Virus record (IMG/VR): IMGVR_UViG_2728369393_000007
Direction: 5' to 3' (one strand)
Origin: a virus
Lineage: Duplodnaviria > Heunggongvirae > Uroviricota > Caudoviricetes
DNA: 64,000 bases
Shown in pieces: positions 25,883-36,976 of this stretch (its first letter is position 1; every line of letters starts with the position of its first letter). The notes under the pieces are model-generated. The model saw only the letters and a list, made by a program, of their open reading frames with translations. It was not told where the DNA came from and did not search any database. The translations under genes and the position numbers were made by a program.

Positions 25883-28615
25883 CGGTGAACTACCATATCC
25901 GCGGTCGCATCATCCAGGTACCGTCAAACTATGACCCGGAAAAACGCACGTACAGCGGCATCTGGGACGGCAGCCTGAAACCGGCATACAGCAACAACCC
26001 GGCCTGGTGCCTGTGGGACATGCTGACTCACCCGCGCTACGGCATGGGAAAACGTCTGGTGGCGGCGGATGTTGACAAGTGGGCGCTGTATGCCATCGGG
26101 CAGTACTGCGACCAGACGGTCCCGGATGGTTTCAGGGGCACAGAGCCGCGGATGACCTTTAATGCGTACCTGTCACAACAGCGTAAGGCGTGGGACGTTC
26201 TCAGTGATTTCTGCTCGGCGATGCGCTGTATGCCGGTATGGAACGGCCAGACGCTGACGTTCGTTCAGGACCGCCCGTCGGATGTGGTGTGGCCGTACAC
26301 CAACTGCGATGTGGTGGTGGATGATAACGGCGTGGGGTTTCGCTACAGCTTCAGCGCCCTGAAGGACCGCCACACGGCGGTGGAGGTGAATTACACCGAC
26401 CCGCAGAACGGCTGGCAGACCTCCACTGAACTGGTGGAAGACCCGGAAGCCATACTGCGCTACGGACGCAATCTGCTGAAGATGGATGCGTTCGGCTGTA
26501 CCAGTCGCGGTCAGGCTCATCGTGCCGGACTGTGGGTGATAAAGACCGAACTGCTGGAAACGCAGACGGTGGATTTCACGCTCGGTCACAGGGGCTGCGT
26601 CACACACCCGGTGACATTATTGAAATCTGTGATAACGACTATGCCGGGACCATGACCGGCGGACGTATCCTGTCCATCGATGCCGCCAGCCGCACCCTGA
26701 CACTGGACCGTGAGGTGACCCTGCCGGAGACAGGTGCCGCCACGGTGAACCTGATTAACGGCAGCGGTAAGCCGGTGAGCGTGGCCATCACTGCACACCC
26801 CGCGCCGGACCGGATACAGGTCAGCACCCTGCCTGATGGTGTGGAGACATACGGTGTATGGGGACTCTCCCTGCCGTCACTGCGTCGTCGCCTGTTCCGC
26901 TGTGTCTCCATCCGGGAAAACACGGACGGCACCTTTGCCATCACGGCGGTGCAGCACGTACCGGAAAAGGAAGCCATCGTGGATAACGGGGCCAGCTTTG
27001 AGCCGCAGTCAGGCACCCTGAACAGCGTCATCCCTCCGGCAGTGCAGCACCTGACGGTGGAGGTGAGCGCAGCTGACGGTCAGTATCTGGCGCAGGCGAA
27101 ATGGGACACGCCGCGGGTGGTGAAGGGTGTGCGCTTCAGCCTGCGCCTGACCAGCGGAAGCGGAGAAGACAGCCGTCTGGTGACCACCGCCATCACCGCG
27201 GATACAGAGCACCGTTTCAGCGGTCTGCCGCCGGGGAATACACCCTGACGGTCAGGGCGATTAACAGTTATGGCCAGCAGGGCGAACCGGCCACCACCAC
27301 GTTCAGGATTTACGCACCTGCGGCACCCGCCTCGATTGAGCTGACGCCGGGTATTTTCAGATAACGGCGGTCCCGCGTCTTGCGGTGTATGACCCGACGG
27401 TACAGTTTGAATTCTGGTTCTCAGAAAAACGCATCACGAACACGGCACAGGTGGAAACCTCTGCCCGTTATCTGGGTAGCGGCAGTCAGTGGAGTGTATC
27501 CGGCCCGCACATTAAGCCCGGGAAGGATTTCTGGTTTTACGTGCGCAGCGTCAACCTGGTGGGGAAATCTGCGTTTGTGGAAGCCAGTGGCCGGGCCAGC
27601 AATGATGCAGAAGGGTATCTGGGGCTGTTTCGGGAAAAAATAGGAAAACTGCATCTGGCTCAGGGGCTGTGGGAGCTGATAGACAACAGCCAGCTTGCGG
27701 ATGAGATGGCGGAGATGAAGACCACCATCACCGAAACCCGCAATGAAATCACACAGACGGTCAGTAAAACGCTGGAAGACCAGAGCGCCACCATTCAGCA
27801 GATACAGCGCGTGCAGTCAGGCAGAAGAGAACGCTGCAAATGCTGACACTTCAGCAGGGGATGCATCGGAGTCAGCCCGGCAGGCGGCAGAAAGTGCAGC
27901 CTCAGCAAAGCAGTCAGAGGAGGCGTCCTCGTCCTCGGCCTCTGAGGCCGCTCAAAAAGCCAGTGAGTCATCACAAAGTGCAGCAGAAGCTGAATTGTCA
28001 AGAAAGACGGCAGAAAGTGCAGCCGGTAATGCAGCCAGGGATGCAACGACCGCAGCAGAAAAAGCCCGGGAGTCAGCAGAAAGCGCACAGTCAGCGGAAC
28101 AAAGCAGGATAGCGGCGGAAGAAGCCGTAAACAGAATCCCCACAGTGGTGGGGCCACCCGGGCCAAAGGGAGAACCGGGGCCCGCGGGTCCTCAGGGGCC
28201 GAAGGGAGATAAAGGAGAGCGGGGAGAGACCGGGCTGACAGGAAATGCAGGTCCACAGGGTCCAAAGGGAGATACCGGTGCGGCAGGCCCGGCAGGCCCA
28301 CAGGGACCGAAAGGAGAAACAGGTGCGGCTGGCCCGGTGGGGGCAACCGGACCTCAGGGGCCGAAAGGCGACCCGGGGGAGACACAAATACGGTTCCGTC
28401 TGGGGCCGGGAAACATTATTGAGACAAACAGCAATGGCTGGTTCCCGGATACAGATGGCGCACTCATCACCGGACTGACCTTTCTTGACCCCAAAGATGC
28501 CACACGGGTTCAGGGTTTTTTTCAGCATTTGCAGGTCAGGTTTGGTGACGGGCCGTGGCAGGATGTCAAGGGGCTGGATGAAGTGGGCAGTGATACAGGC
28601 AGAACAGGAGAATGA
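25723..28615 (+). pseudogene. I::J fusion and frameshifted host-specificity protein J / collagen-like tail fibre
   Basis: First 33 codons are gene I (MATTNAFSLASPPLARICLHGDLQRFGRRLSLY) fused in frame to J interior (PNTAIVGLQVDAEQFGG…); frameshifts near 26586, 27237, 27349 and ~27830; 3' part carries Gly-X-Y collagen-like repeats. Confidence 0.65.
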
Positions 28616-28616
28616 C

Positions 28617-28886
28617 ATGAATATTTTGAGAAAGCTTATGGAGCGTCTGTGTGGTTGCGAAAAGCATGATGACCGTGAAAACGGGGAGTTACTTACAGCA
28701 CAACTGCGACTGGGACCGGCAGACATTCTGGAGTCCGATGAGAATGGCATTATCCCGGAGCAGGACAGGGTAATCACGCAGGTGGTGATACTGGATGCGG
28801 ATAAAAAGCAGATACAGTGCGTGGTAAGACCGCTGCAAATCCTGCGTGCTGACGGGAGGTGGGAAAATATTGGCGGAATGAAATAG
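28617..28886 (+). CDS. hypothetical tail-fibre-associated protein
   Basis: 89 aa MNILRKLMERLCGCEKHDD…; 3' end and downstream terminator recur at 29593 and 33095. Confidence 0.4.
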   Translation: MNILRKLMERLCGCEKHDDRENGELLTAQLRLGPADILESDENGIIPEQDRVITQVVILDADKKQIQCVVRPLQILRADGRWENIGGMK

Positions 28887-28945
28887 CCGACAGCTTCACA
28901 AAACCGGAGTCCGGCTCCGGTTTTTGTTGTCATGTATAGGGGATA
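28749..28945 (+). repeat. junction repeat R1, copy a (gene 3' end plus terminator hairpin)
   Basis: Related to 29593-29700 and 33095-33228; contains CCGGAG-TCCGG-CTCCGG hairpin + T5. Confidence 0.7.
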
Positions 28946-29105
28946 TTTGTTATTAGAGTGTGAAGTAATAAACATGTTAATACGATGGAGTGAAGGATGC
29001 CTTTAAGGAGCAGTGATATGTCCATCTTGTTCCCTGGAGGGGGAATCATAAATTCTGATTGCGACCGAGGCATGGAACACTACTGTAGTTCAGGGAAGTT
29101 CGGCG

Positions 29106-29648
29106 ATGAAGCTCATTCTTGCGACGCGTAATTATTATCTGGAATATGGTTTGCGTTTGTTACTGAAAGGATGCCGTGTAATTCTGGCTCAAGAATTTTT
29201 TATGCCGGAGAATCGCAGGGTTATTCTGGATAGTAAAGAATCCTGGTTAATAATCTGTGATAGTCAGTTGGGCCATTTAATGCGCAGCATGTTTCAGGGA
29301 CGCCGTTTTATTCAGCTGGATCTGGAAGCGTTGAAAGGGGGACATGATATACATAATGCTGTGCGTAACAGATTGTGGACCTGGAACAAAAAAGCACGGG
29401 CACTGACGATGTCAGAGATGGTGGTGATGTTTGGATATATCTACCGTCAGTTGCGTCCGTTCCATCTCGCCAGTGAGATGAGGGTAAACATAAAAACAGT
29501 TAACACTTTCCTGTATTCAGGGCTGGCGAAAAATGGGCTCAAAAGAAGTAGTGTAAGGTTGCTGGCAATTTCTGAGAACAAGCGAATAGGGCATTATTCC
29601 GGAGCAGGACAGGGTAATCACGCAGGTGGTGATACTGGATGCGGATAA
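29106..29648 (+). CDS. LuxR-type HTH regulator-like protein, 3' end replaced by repeat R1
   Basis: C-terminal region LTMSEMVVMFGYIYRQLRPFHLASEMRVNIKTVNTFLYSGLAKNGL resembles GerE/LuxR HTH; last ~18 codons read through repeat R1 copy b. Confidence 0.35.
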   Translation: MKLILATRNYYLEYGLRLLLKGCRVILAQEFFMPENRRVILDSKESWLIICDSQLGHLMRSMFQGRRFIQLDLEALKGGHDIHNAVRNRLWTWNKKARALTMSEMVVMFGYIYRQLRPFHLASEMRVNIKTVNTFLYSGLAKNGLKRSSVRLLAISENKRIGHYSGAGQGNHAGGDTGCG

Positions 29649-29700
29649 AAAGCCGATACAGTGCGTGGTGAGGCCGCTGCAAATTCGGTGTGCTGATGGG
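29593..29700 (+). repeat. junction repeat R1, copy b (partial)
   Basis: Near-identical to 28749-28850. Confidence 0.65.
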
Positions 29701-29776
29701 ACGAGGGAAAAATTTGTGGATGACATTTGTTGTGGACCTTTAAGTCTGGAGTTCAAATTAAAACAGGGAGCTTTAT

Positions 29777-29899
29777 TATGCCATTAACCTCAGATATTAA
29801 TTCATCTTCGTTCCATCTTGGAATGGAATTTGTAAAAAAACGCCACAGGCATCAGGAATATAAGAAGGTGTCTGTGGTTGACAGGTTTCAGATGACTTG
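29777..29899 (+). pseudogene. possible N-terminal stub of an NleG-like effector gene
   Basis: AGGGAG RBS, 40 codons MPLTSDINSSSFHLGMEFVKK… resembling the MP…SS N-termini of the two nleG genes here, then stop. Confidence 0.3.
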
Positions 29900-30129
29900 A
29901 GGGCGTCTTTATGTAACTGAATTTTTCTGTGGAGATGCTGTCTGAAAATATTTGATTAAAAACGGAAGCTAAGTTAAATAGTAAGTTTATTTTTTGAGCT
30001 TAGGTGTATGTGTTTAGAATTTTTCTGGTGTGTTTGTTTTGTGGGGGATTTTAGGAAAAATATATTAATCCTTATTAATAATAGCCGTCATCCATTTCAG
30101 CTATTATTTTAAAATAAACAAGTTAAAGC

Positions 30130-31452
30130 TTAGACTCTTGTTTCTTGGATTATATCAACGGTATCAACATAATTTGATGGGTTATGATGTGGTGAGTTAT
30201 TGCTTTCGATATTGATGACCACATCCTCTGGATTTGGATGCCGTTGTCCAACAGATACACCTTCTTCCATTGCGCGTATATCAGCCCCTGTGGCATGTTC
30301 AATATCTGCTTTATTTGGGAAAATGGCACCTTCTCTTGCATGCCACCATATACGAGGATAGTCAGTGAATCTGGCCTCTCCAAACTCGGCCTTGTTTAAA
30401 TCAGCCAGTCCAAGAGTAGTACCTGCCCACCATAAAATAGTGTCTGGCTTTAATCCGGGGGTATTATACTGTATGGCATGCCCCGCTGCTTGCCCAACCA
30501 TTGCACCGATATGAGGACTTAACATTGGATCTGTACCAGTAAATCTGGATACTGCAAATCCCCCTACAGCACCAAGCGCATTTGCGGCAGCATTGGTAAG
30601 AACGGCATATTTAGTATTAGGGTTATCTAAATCCCACTTGAAATGTGCGCCAAACTCCAGCCCTAGAGTTGCCTGTAGTGGAGATGCACCATATTTAAAA
30701 TCTGCTTCTCCCGGTCTGATCACCCACTCTTCAGTATAATTTGCTTTGGGGCCATCAGGAGTAAGAGGAGTTTCTCCAACAAGCTTCCATCCATTTTCAG
30801 TTTTGACTATAGGAAGTTCCACACCATGATTACGAACTACTTGAGCTGTTAATCCAAACCATGGTATTGGGTCTTTTGACGCGGTGGTTACCGTCGAAGT
30901 AGTGGCTGATGCAATAGTGGATGCAGCAGTCGATACAGTGGTTGGTATATTGCTGTTGCTTAATGCATTTTTTAATGGACCAGGAAGGTCTTTAAAATTA
31001 ATACCTATTTCATCATGCAAAGGGAATATCTGTAAAAAATAATTACCTGATGTAGGATGAATATCTGGTTTTACAATGTTTAGCTGGACACCATATTTAC
31101 CAGAGATACCCGGAACGGTGCTGGGTATTTCTAATGCCATCTGAGAGACATTGAATAAACCAAACATATCCAATGCTTTTTTTCCTGCAGAGCCTTCTTC
31201 AAGATGAGGTGCAAGATATTTATCCAGCCCAGAGAGCAGACCTTCATCTTTTATCAAGCTCAGTAGAGCTGTTGTTTCACCGCATTCCGGTGCATGTCGC
31301 TGCATATCCTCTGGGATATGAACAACAAATCCCGTTTCGCATCCATTAGGTAATTCGGATTGCGGTATTTGTGTAGGGGACGTTTGTTCTGCGTGATGAT
31401 GTCGATTGTTTTGTGTGGTGATTCCGGATGTTACGATCGGTTGAATGTTCAT
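30130..31452 (-). CDS. nleA: type III secreted effector NleA/EspI
   Basis: 440 aa MNIQPIVTSGITTQNN… with C-terminal PDZ-binding ETRV. Confidence 0.9.
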   Translation of the reverse strand: MNIQPIVTSGITTQNNRHHHAEQTSPTQIPQSELPNGCETGFVVHIPEDMQRHAPECGETTALLSLIKDEGLLSGLDKYLAPHLEEGSAGKKALDMFGLFNVSQMALEIPSTVPGISGKYGVQLNIVKPDIHPTSGNYFLQIFPLHDEIGINFKDLPGPLKNALSNSNIPTTVSTAASTIASATTSTVTTASKDPIPWFGLTAQVVRNHGVELPIVKTENGWKLVGETPLTPDGPKANYTEEWVIRPGEADFKYGASPLQATLGLEFGAHFKWDLDNPNTKYAVLTNAAANALGAVGGFAVSRFTGTDPMLSPHIGAMVGQAAGHAIQYNTPGLKPDTILWWAGTTLGLADLNKAEFGEARFTDYPRIWWHAREGAIFPNKADIEHATGADIRAMEEGVSVGQRHPNPEDVVINIESNNSPHHNPSNYVDTVDIIQETRV

Positions 31453-31835
31453 GATAAATCCTTATTGCATGTTTATATCCATTAATAATATCAATCCATT
31501 GATATTATTAGTGTCACATATCCGATGTGGACAGCTTTAATATATAGCTGTTTGAATGCTTGATTGATGTGACTTAGATCTCAAAATTAAGTTGTTAAAT
31601 TTACCAGTTTATCGCTTGAACACTTAAAATAAATTATAAATCCTTCTGTTATTGTTTTTATAATTCAAATTATTGTTGGTTGTATAACTTGATTACATCT
31701 TTACTCTAAGTGTTATAAATATTTTATACTGATATTAGTTTTATTATATATATTCTTAATGAAAATGAGCATAAAACTAAGACATATAATGCTTGGCAGC
31801 TTTATGCTCTTCTGATTGGCTGTATGTTTGATGAC

Positions 31836-32040
31836 AAAAAATTAGCGCAAGAAGAAAAAATCACCTTGCGCTAATGCTCTGTCTCAGGTCACTAATCACA
31901 CCTAACTCATTGATTAATTGTGACTCTAAATGTAGTGTTTTGTCGCGTTTTGCAGTATGTTATTTAATCTATTATATGAATAACATAATGATTTTTAATG
32001 TATTTTTGTAATTTACTCTCCTTCTGACATGGAAGTTGTT
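31836..32040 (+). repeat. junction repeat R2, copy a
   Basis: TGATGACAAAAAATTAGCGCAAGAAG…GCGCTAATGCTCTG…AGGTCACTAAT recurs at 35503-35700. Confidence 0.5.
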
Positions 32041-32107
32041 CGTTCAAAATCTTATTAAATATCAAGTTGTTAAATCTGGTAAGTCATTATTGGTCAAAAT
32101 AAAATCA

Positions 32108-33094
32108 TTATCCGATTTCAATTTTGTCCCACTCCCGCTCGCGACTGTCCCTATAATGCGCCGCCATTGAATCAGATTTATGTCCAAGAAGACGTTGTGC
32201 AAACTTGTAGCCAATCTGGTTCCGATATAGCCTCGCGGACAGACTACGTAGTTCATGAAATGTCGGTGGGTCTCCATCAAACGAGATCCCGGATGCATTT
32301 CGCGCCTTTGTTAAATACCGTGATACTGTGGCTGGAGAAAGTGGTTCGTGATAGGTTGATGCGATTATTGTTTCACTGCTGCTGGCCTCCCTGCATTTCT
32401 GTAGTGTATCAACCAGTGAGATGTCGAGTGCGTCAATGGTTAGAGCCAGCGGAATGGCAATTTTGGCTCCTGTTTTACTCTGTCCAATGTGAAGATGACC
32501 ATCGTTTATGTCTGACCACTTCATTCTGCACAAATCGCCCACTCTCTGCCCTGTAACGACAGCTAAATCCATTGACAGCCTCAGCCAGATGGGGAGGTGC
32601 TCAGCAGCATGGTAAATAGCGACATACTCATTAGCTGTCAGCCTTGAGCGCCTTACTTCTGACTTTGCTGCACGGGTTGTTGTTACTGGATTCGTTGCCA
32701 CATGCCCCTCGGCTATTGCCCCTCGAAAAACGTCAACAAGGGTTGACCTGATTACTCTTGCGGAAACCGCTTTACCTTCTGCGACGTAGGTGTTTAGCAT
32801 TGCTGCCACCTCTTTCGTTGATATGTCAGTGAGCGGTTTGTCCGGCAATTTTCTTCGAATTGCCCTGATTTTGCTGGCGTAGTCGAGTAATGTTTTCGGC
32901 TTGCTCCCCCTCTAGCTGAGGATTGTTTCATATCGATCAAGCCACGTATGAAGAGTGATTGAGTCAGTGCCTTTAACCCTGTCCAGCAATGATTCGTGCC
33001 CACTTTCGCTGAAAAGCTCAATGTTGGTGTGAATGCTTCTGAAATTGCTACTCTTCTGTCTCTTCCCAGCCCGAACTCTTTTTTCGTCCTCGGG
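32108..33094 (-). pseudogene. int: lambda-type tyrosine integrase, decayed
   Basis: C-terminal catalytic half intact (…HELRSLSARLY…LLGHKSDSMAAHYRD…); upstream part has a 1-bp frameshift and in-frame TAG (plus 32912-32914); N-terminus replaced at ~33095 by repeat R1. Confidence 0.75.
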
Positions 33095-33228
33095 TCAGTG
33101 TGTAGTAAGACCGCTGCAAATCCTGCGTGCTGACGGGAAGTGGGAAAATATTGGCGAAATGAAGTAACCCGATAGCTTCACAAAAACCGGAGTCCGGCTC
33201 CGGTTTTTGTTGTCATGTACGGGGGATG
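33095..33228 (+). repeat. junction repeat R1, copy c
   Basis: Matches 28812-28945 including terminator hairpin. Confidence 0.7.
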
Positions 33229-33273
33229 TCTGTTAGGAATAATTAGATAGGTTTATTTTGAAGGTTGAAATGT

Positions 33274-34185
33274 ATGTTATCGCCCTCTTCTATAAATTTG
33301 AGATGTTCATGGAATTCTTTAACCAGAAACCTGACTTCGCCTGATAATCGTGTTTTATCCTCTGTAAGGGATGCTGCTGTTCACTCTGATAGCGGGACGC
33401 AAGTAACGGTTGGCAACAGAACATATCGTGTTGTGGTCACTGATAATAAGTTTTGCGTTACAAGAGAAAGTTATAGTGGTTGTTTTACTAATCTGTTGCA
33501 CAGGTTGGGATGGCCTAAGGGAGAGATTAGCAGAAAAATTGAGGCTATGCTGAATACATCGCCAGTGAGCACGACTATAGAAAGAGGCTCTGTTCATTCG
33601 AACAGACCTGATTTACCTCCAGTGGATTATGCGCAGCCGGAGTTACCTCCAGCGGATTATACTCAGTCAGAGTTGCCGAGGGTTAGCAACAATAAATCAC
33701 CCGTGCCAGGTAATGTTATTGGTAAAGGTGGTAATGCTGTCGTGTATGAAGATATGGAAGATACAACAAAAGTGTTGAAGATGTTTACTATATCTCAAAG
33801 CCATGAAGAGGTGACAAGCGAAGTTCGTTGTTTCAATCAGTATTATGGTTCCGGGAGTGCAGAGAAAATATATAATGATAATGGAAATGTTATTGGTATT
33901 AGAATGAATAAAATAAATGGGGAATCTCTTTTGGATATTCCATCATTACCAGCACAAGCTGAACAGGCTATTTACGATATGTTTGACAGACTGGAGAAAA
34001 AAGGAATTCTTTTTGTTGATACAACAGAAACAAATGTTTTATATGATCGTATGAGAAATGAATTTAATCCAATAGATATATCATCTTATAATGTTTCTGA
34101 TATTTCATGGAGTGAACATCAAGTCATGCAATCTTATCACGGAGGAAAGCTGGATCTTATTAGTGTAGTATTAAGTAAGATATAA
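33274..34185 (+). CDS. nleH: type III secreted effector NleH (OspG-like kinase)
   Basis: MLSPSSINLRCSWNSLTRNLTSPDNRVLSS… kinase core, C-terminal SKI. Confidence 0.9.
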   Translation: MLSPSSINLRCSWNSLTRNLTSPDNRVLSSVRDAAVHSDSGTQVTVGNRTYRVVVTDNKFCVTRESYSGCFTNLLHRLGWPKGEISRKIEAMLNTSPVSTTIERGSVHSNRPDLPPVDYAQPELPPADYTQSELPRVSNNKSPVPGNVIGKGGNAVVYEDMEDTTKVLKMFTISQSHEEVTSEVRCFNQYYGSGSAEKIYNDNGNVIGIRMNKINGESLLDIPSLPAQAEQAIYDMFDRLEKKGILFVDTTETNVLYDRMRNEFNPIDISSYNVSDISWSEHQVMQSYHGGKLDLISVVLSKI

Positions 34186-34250
34186 TATTTTTATCCAGAT
34201 ATATTAGTTGCAATAATGTTTATGGATTTATTTGTTAAGGGGGTTTTGAT

Positions 34251-34820
34251 ATGTTACCAACAAGTGGTTCTTCAGCAAATCTTTATTCATGGATGTATGT
34301 ATCAGGAAGAGGTAACCCTTCGACTCCGGAATCAGTAAGTGAGCTTAATCATAATCACTTTCTTTCTCCTGAATTACAAGATAAACTTGATGTTATGGTC
34401 TCTATATATTCATGTGCCAGAAATAATAATGAGCTTGAGGAAATTTTTCAAGAGCTAAGTGCTTTTGTAAGTGGGCTGATGGATAAGAGAAATAGTGTAT
34501 TTGAGGTGAGAAATGAAAATACTGATGAGGTTGTCGGAGCGCTGAGGGCGGGAATGACGATAGAGGATAGGGATAGTTATATCAGGGATCTTTTTTTTCT
34601 GCATTCATTGAAAGTAAAAATTGAGGAAAGTAGACAAGGCAAAGAAGATTCGAAATGTAAAGTTTATAATCTGCTATGTCCGCATCACTCTTCAGAGCTA
34701 TATGGTGATCTACGAGCAATGAAATGCCTCGTGGAAGGATGCAGTGATGATTTTAATCCTTTTGATATTATTAGGGTACCAGATCTTACTTACAACAAAG
34801 GATCTTTACAATGTGGATGA
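34251..34820 (+). CDS. nleF: type III secreted effector NleF
   Basis: 189 aa MLPTSGSSANLYSWMYVSGRG… ending LQCG. Confidence 0.9.
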   Translation: MLPTSGSSANLYSWMYVSGRGNPSTPESVSELNHNHFLSPELQDKLDVMVSIYSCARNNNELEEIFQELSAFVSGLMDKRNSVFEVRNENTDEVVGALRAGMTIEDRDSYIRDLFFLHSLKVKIEESRQGKEDSKCKVYNLLCPHHSSELYGDLRAMKCLVEGCSDDFNPFDIIRVPDLTYNKGSLQCG

Positions 34821-34866
34821 TTAGAGGCCTGTGAGCCTGTTTAGGATTCTGTGTAAATGCCTTTTC

Positions 34867-35501
34867 TTAAAAGTGACCGTCAAGACGGTCATCAAACTCG
34901 ATAATAAAGCGGCTCATTGCCATTCGCCAGTCCCTTAACGGCATTGTCCATTTCTGTGACGCGGCCTGGATTGCCAGCCACACCACTTTTTTTACTGACT
35001 CGTCCGTCGGGAACACCTTGCGTTTCCTGATGGCATGCCGGATCACACTGTTCAGCGACTCGATGGCGTTCGTTGTGTAGATCACTTTGCGGATATCTGC
35101 CGGATAAGCGAAAAACGTCGCCAAGTTAGTCCAGTTTGACAGCTAGCACCGGCTTATCTGCGGATAGCGGCAGTCCCAGGCCGCAGCAAACGCTTCCAGT
35201 GCCTGCTGGCCTGCCTCTTCTGTGGGAGGCTAATCGCTTTCAGGTCGCGAGTGACGGCTTTGTATTCCTTCCATGACACGAAGCGCATGCTGTTGCGCAC
35301 CATATGCACGATGCATAACTGGATGCGGGCCTCTGGGAATTCTTTCAGGCCATCCACACAGGCGATGAGGATATCGTTCAGACCGCGGTTTTTCAGTTCA
35401 GTCAGCACATTGAACCAGAAATTCGCCCCTTCATTTTCGGCCAGCCGCATCCCCAGGAGCTCTTTCTGACCTGCGATATTGATGCCCAGTGCTAGGAACA
35501 T
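34867..35501 (-). mobile_element. IS256-family transposase remnant (N-terminally truncated, internally disrupted)
   Basis: Two ORF pieces (…GINIAGQKELLGMRLAENEGANFW… and …YTTNAIESLNSVIRHAIRKRKVFPTD…); truncated where repeat R2 copy b begins. Confidence 0.65.
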
Positions 35502-35502
35502 T

Positions 35503-35700
35503 TTTATGACAAAAAATTAGTGCAAGAAGACAAAGAATCGCCTTGCGCTAATGCTCTGAAACAGGTCACTAATATCATCTAAATAGTTGACTCATAGTGA
35601 CAGCATGTGTTGTGTCTTGCAGTATTATATAGCCTATTATTTAGATTGAAGCCATCATAATCTATTGATGTTAATGGTTTTTTATTGTTTGTTGTTCGGC
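35503..35700 (+). repeat. junction repeat R2, copy b
   Basis: See 31836-32040. Confidence 0.5.
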
Positions 35701-36976
35701 TTTTTATACTAATTTGAGCGAAACAAAAAGATAAAAAGTTGTTTTTCGTGTCTTTAAGTGATACCAGATGGTATTGCGCTAAATGTACCAATGGGTATAC
35801 CAAGAGCACTAAAAACAAAGGGGCAACCACTTTGTAACCCCTTGATTATTTGCAGAAGCGCAGAAAATCGAACTCTGGAACCCTTTCGGGGCATCCTTTT
35901 TCAAGAATGAAGAAAAAAATAACTAAAAAATCAAGTTGTTAGGAAGTTATTCATGGCTAGTGTACCAACTCTTTTCTGGGCTAATAGCTATGATTTGTTT
36001 GTATTATTTGTCTCTGTCTCTATTATTTTTGACATCCATGCGACTTCTGATATTGATAATCTCAGTTGTGGAGTTCTGTCTGCGCTTCCGGGAGGACGCA
36101 TATCAAAACTACAGGATCTTCTGTTAAACACTGTAAAGCCATCTACATTGCATGTTGTTGAGTCTAAGATACAATTTTTAGTAGATGATTTATCTGCTAT
36201 AGGCCTAGATATTTCAGGTTGATGCCAAGTGTGTCCTGAAAAAATACTTTTTATTGAAAATGGCATTTTTATCCTCACATTATGTCTTTCTCTTATAGTG
36301 CAATTTAATGTATTTAGAAACATTAAACTATGAATCTAAAAAGGCTACGCAGAGTACTGTTACACTTTAACAAATCATATTTACCACTCTGGAAATGGGA
36401 TGGCTGGTTCATAAAATAATGAGTCTTTTTCAACGGTTGTTACATTGGTGTACTGATGATTATGCCTTGTCGCTAAGAGCTACCATAACCGTACAGCGTG
36501 ATTCATCCATGGCGAATAAATCGACTGATAAATCCCCCTGAGTTTCAGCTCTTGCTGTTGGACCTTGCCCGTTTCGCTATGGAACGCGTACCAGCTAGAG
36601 AATATTATTCGTTCTCCTCCAATGTTACGCAAGTTTTGTAAACGGTAACCAATCGTGATTAGTCCTGCATGTAACGGACATCAAGCTGTCTGGTTGATTT
36701 TTATTGCCAGCAGTTCGAGAGAGCAGACAACTGCGTCCGATGGAAAAATGGGCACGACAGGGTATTCAGGCAACCTCGCTGAGGAGGCTTATGGTACAGA
36801 TTGTAATGTGAAGTATAAAACGTTAAAAATTCCATTTTAGAAACTAAATAGCTGTAATATAAGTTCGATCTAATCTACTATTTTGACAGACAGATTGTAT
36901 CAAGAATTAGGGAGTATGAAATAGATGGCAATAACTAGTAAAATTAATTTTGCAACATTTAAATCGAACCATACAG

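Noticed and set aside
28140-28400. Short periodic repeats that could be mistaken for a tandem DNA repeat or CRISPR array
   Set aside because: They encode Gly-X-Y collagen-like triplets within a tail-fibre ORF; no spacer/repeat architecture
28091-28975. 294-aa minus-strand ORF
   Set aside because: Antisense to the collagen-like tail-fibre region; low-complexity product
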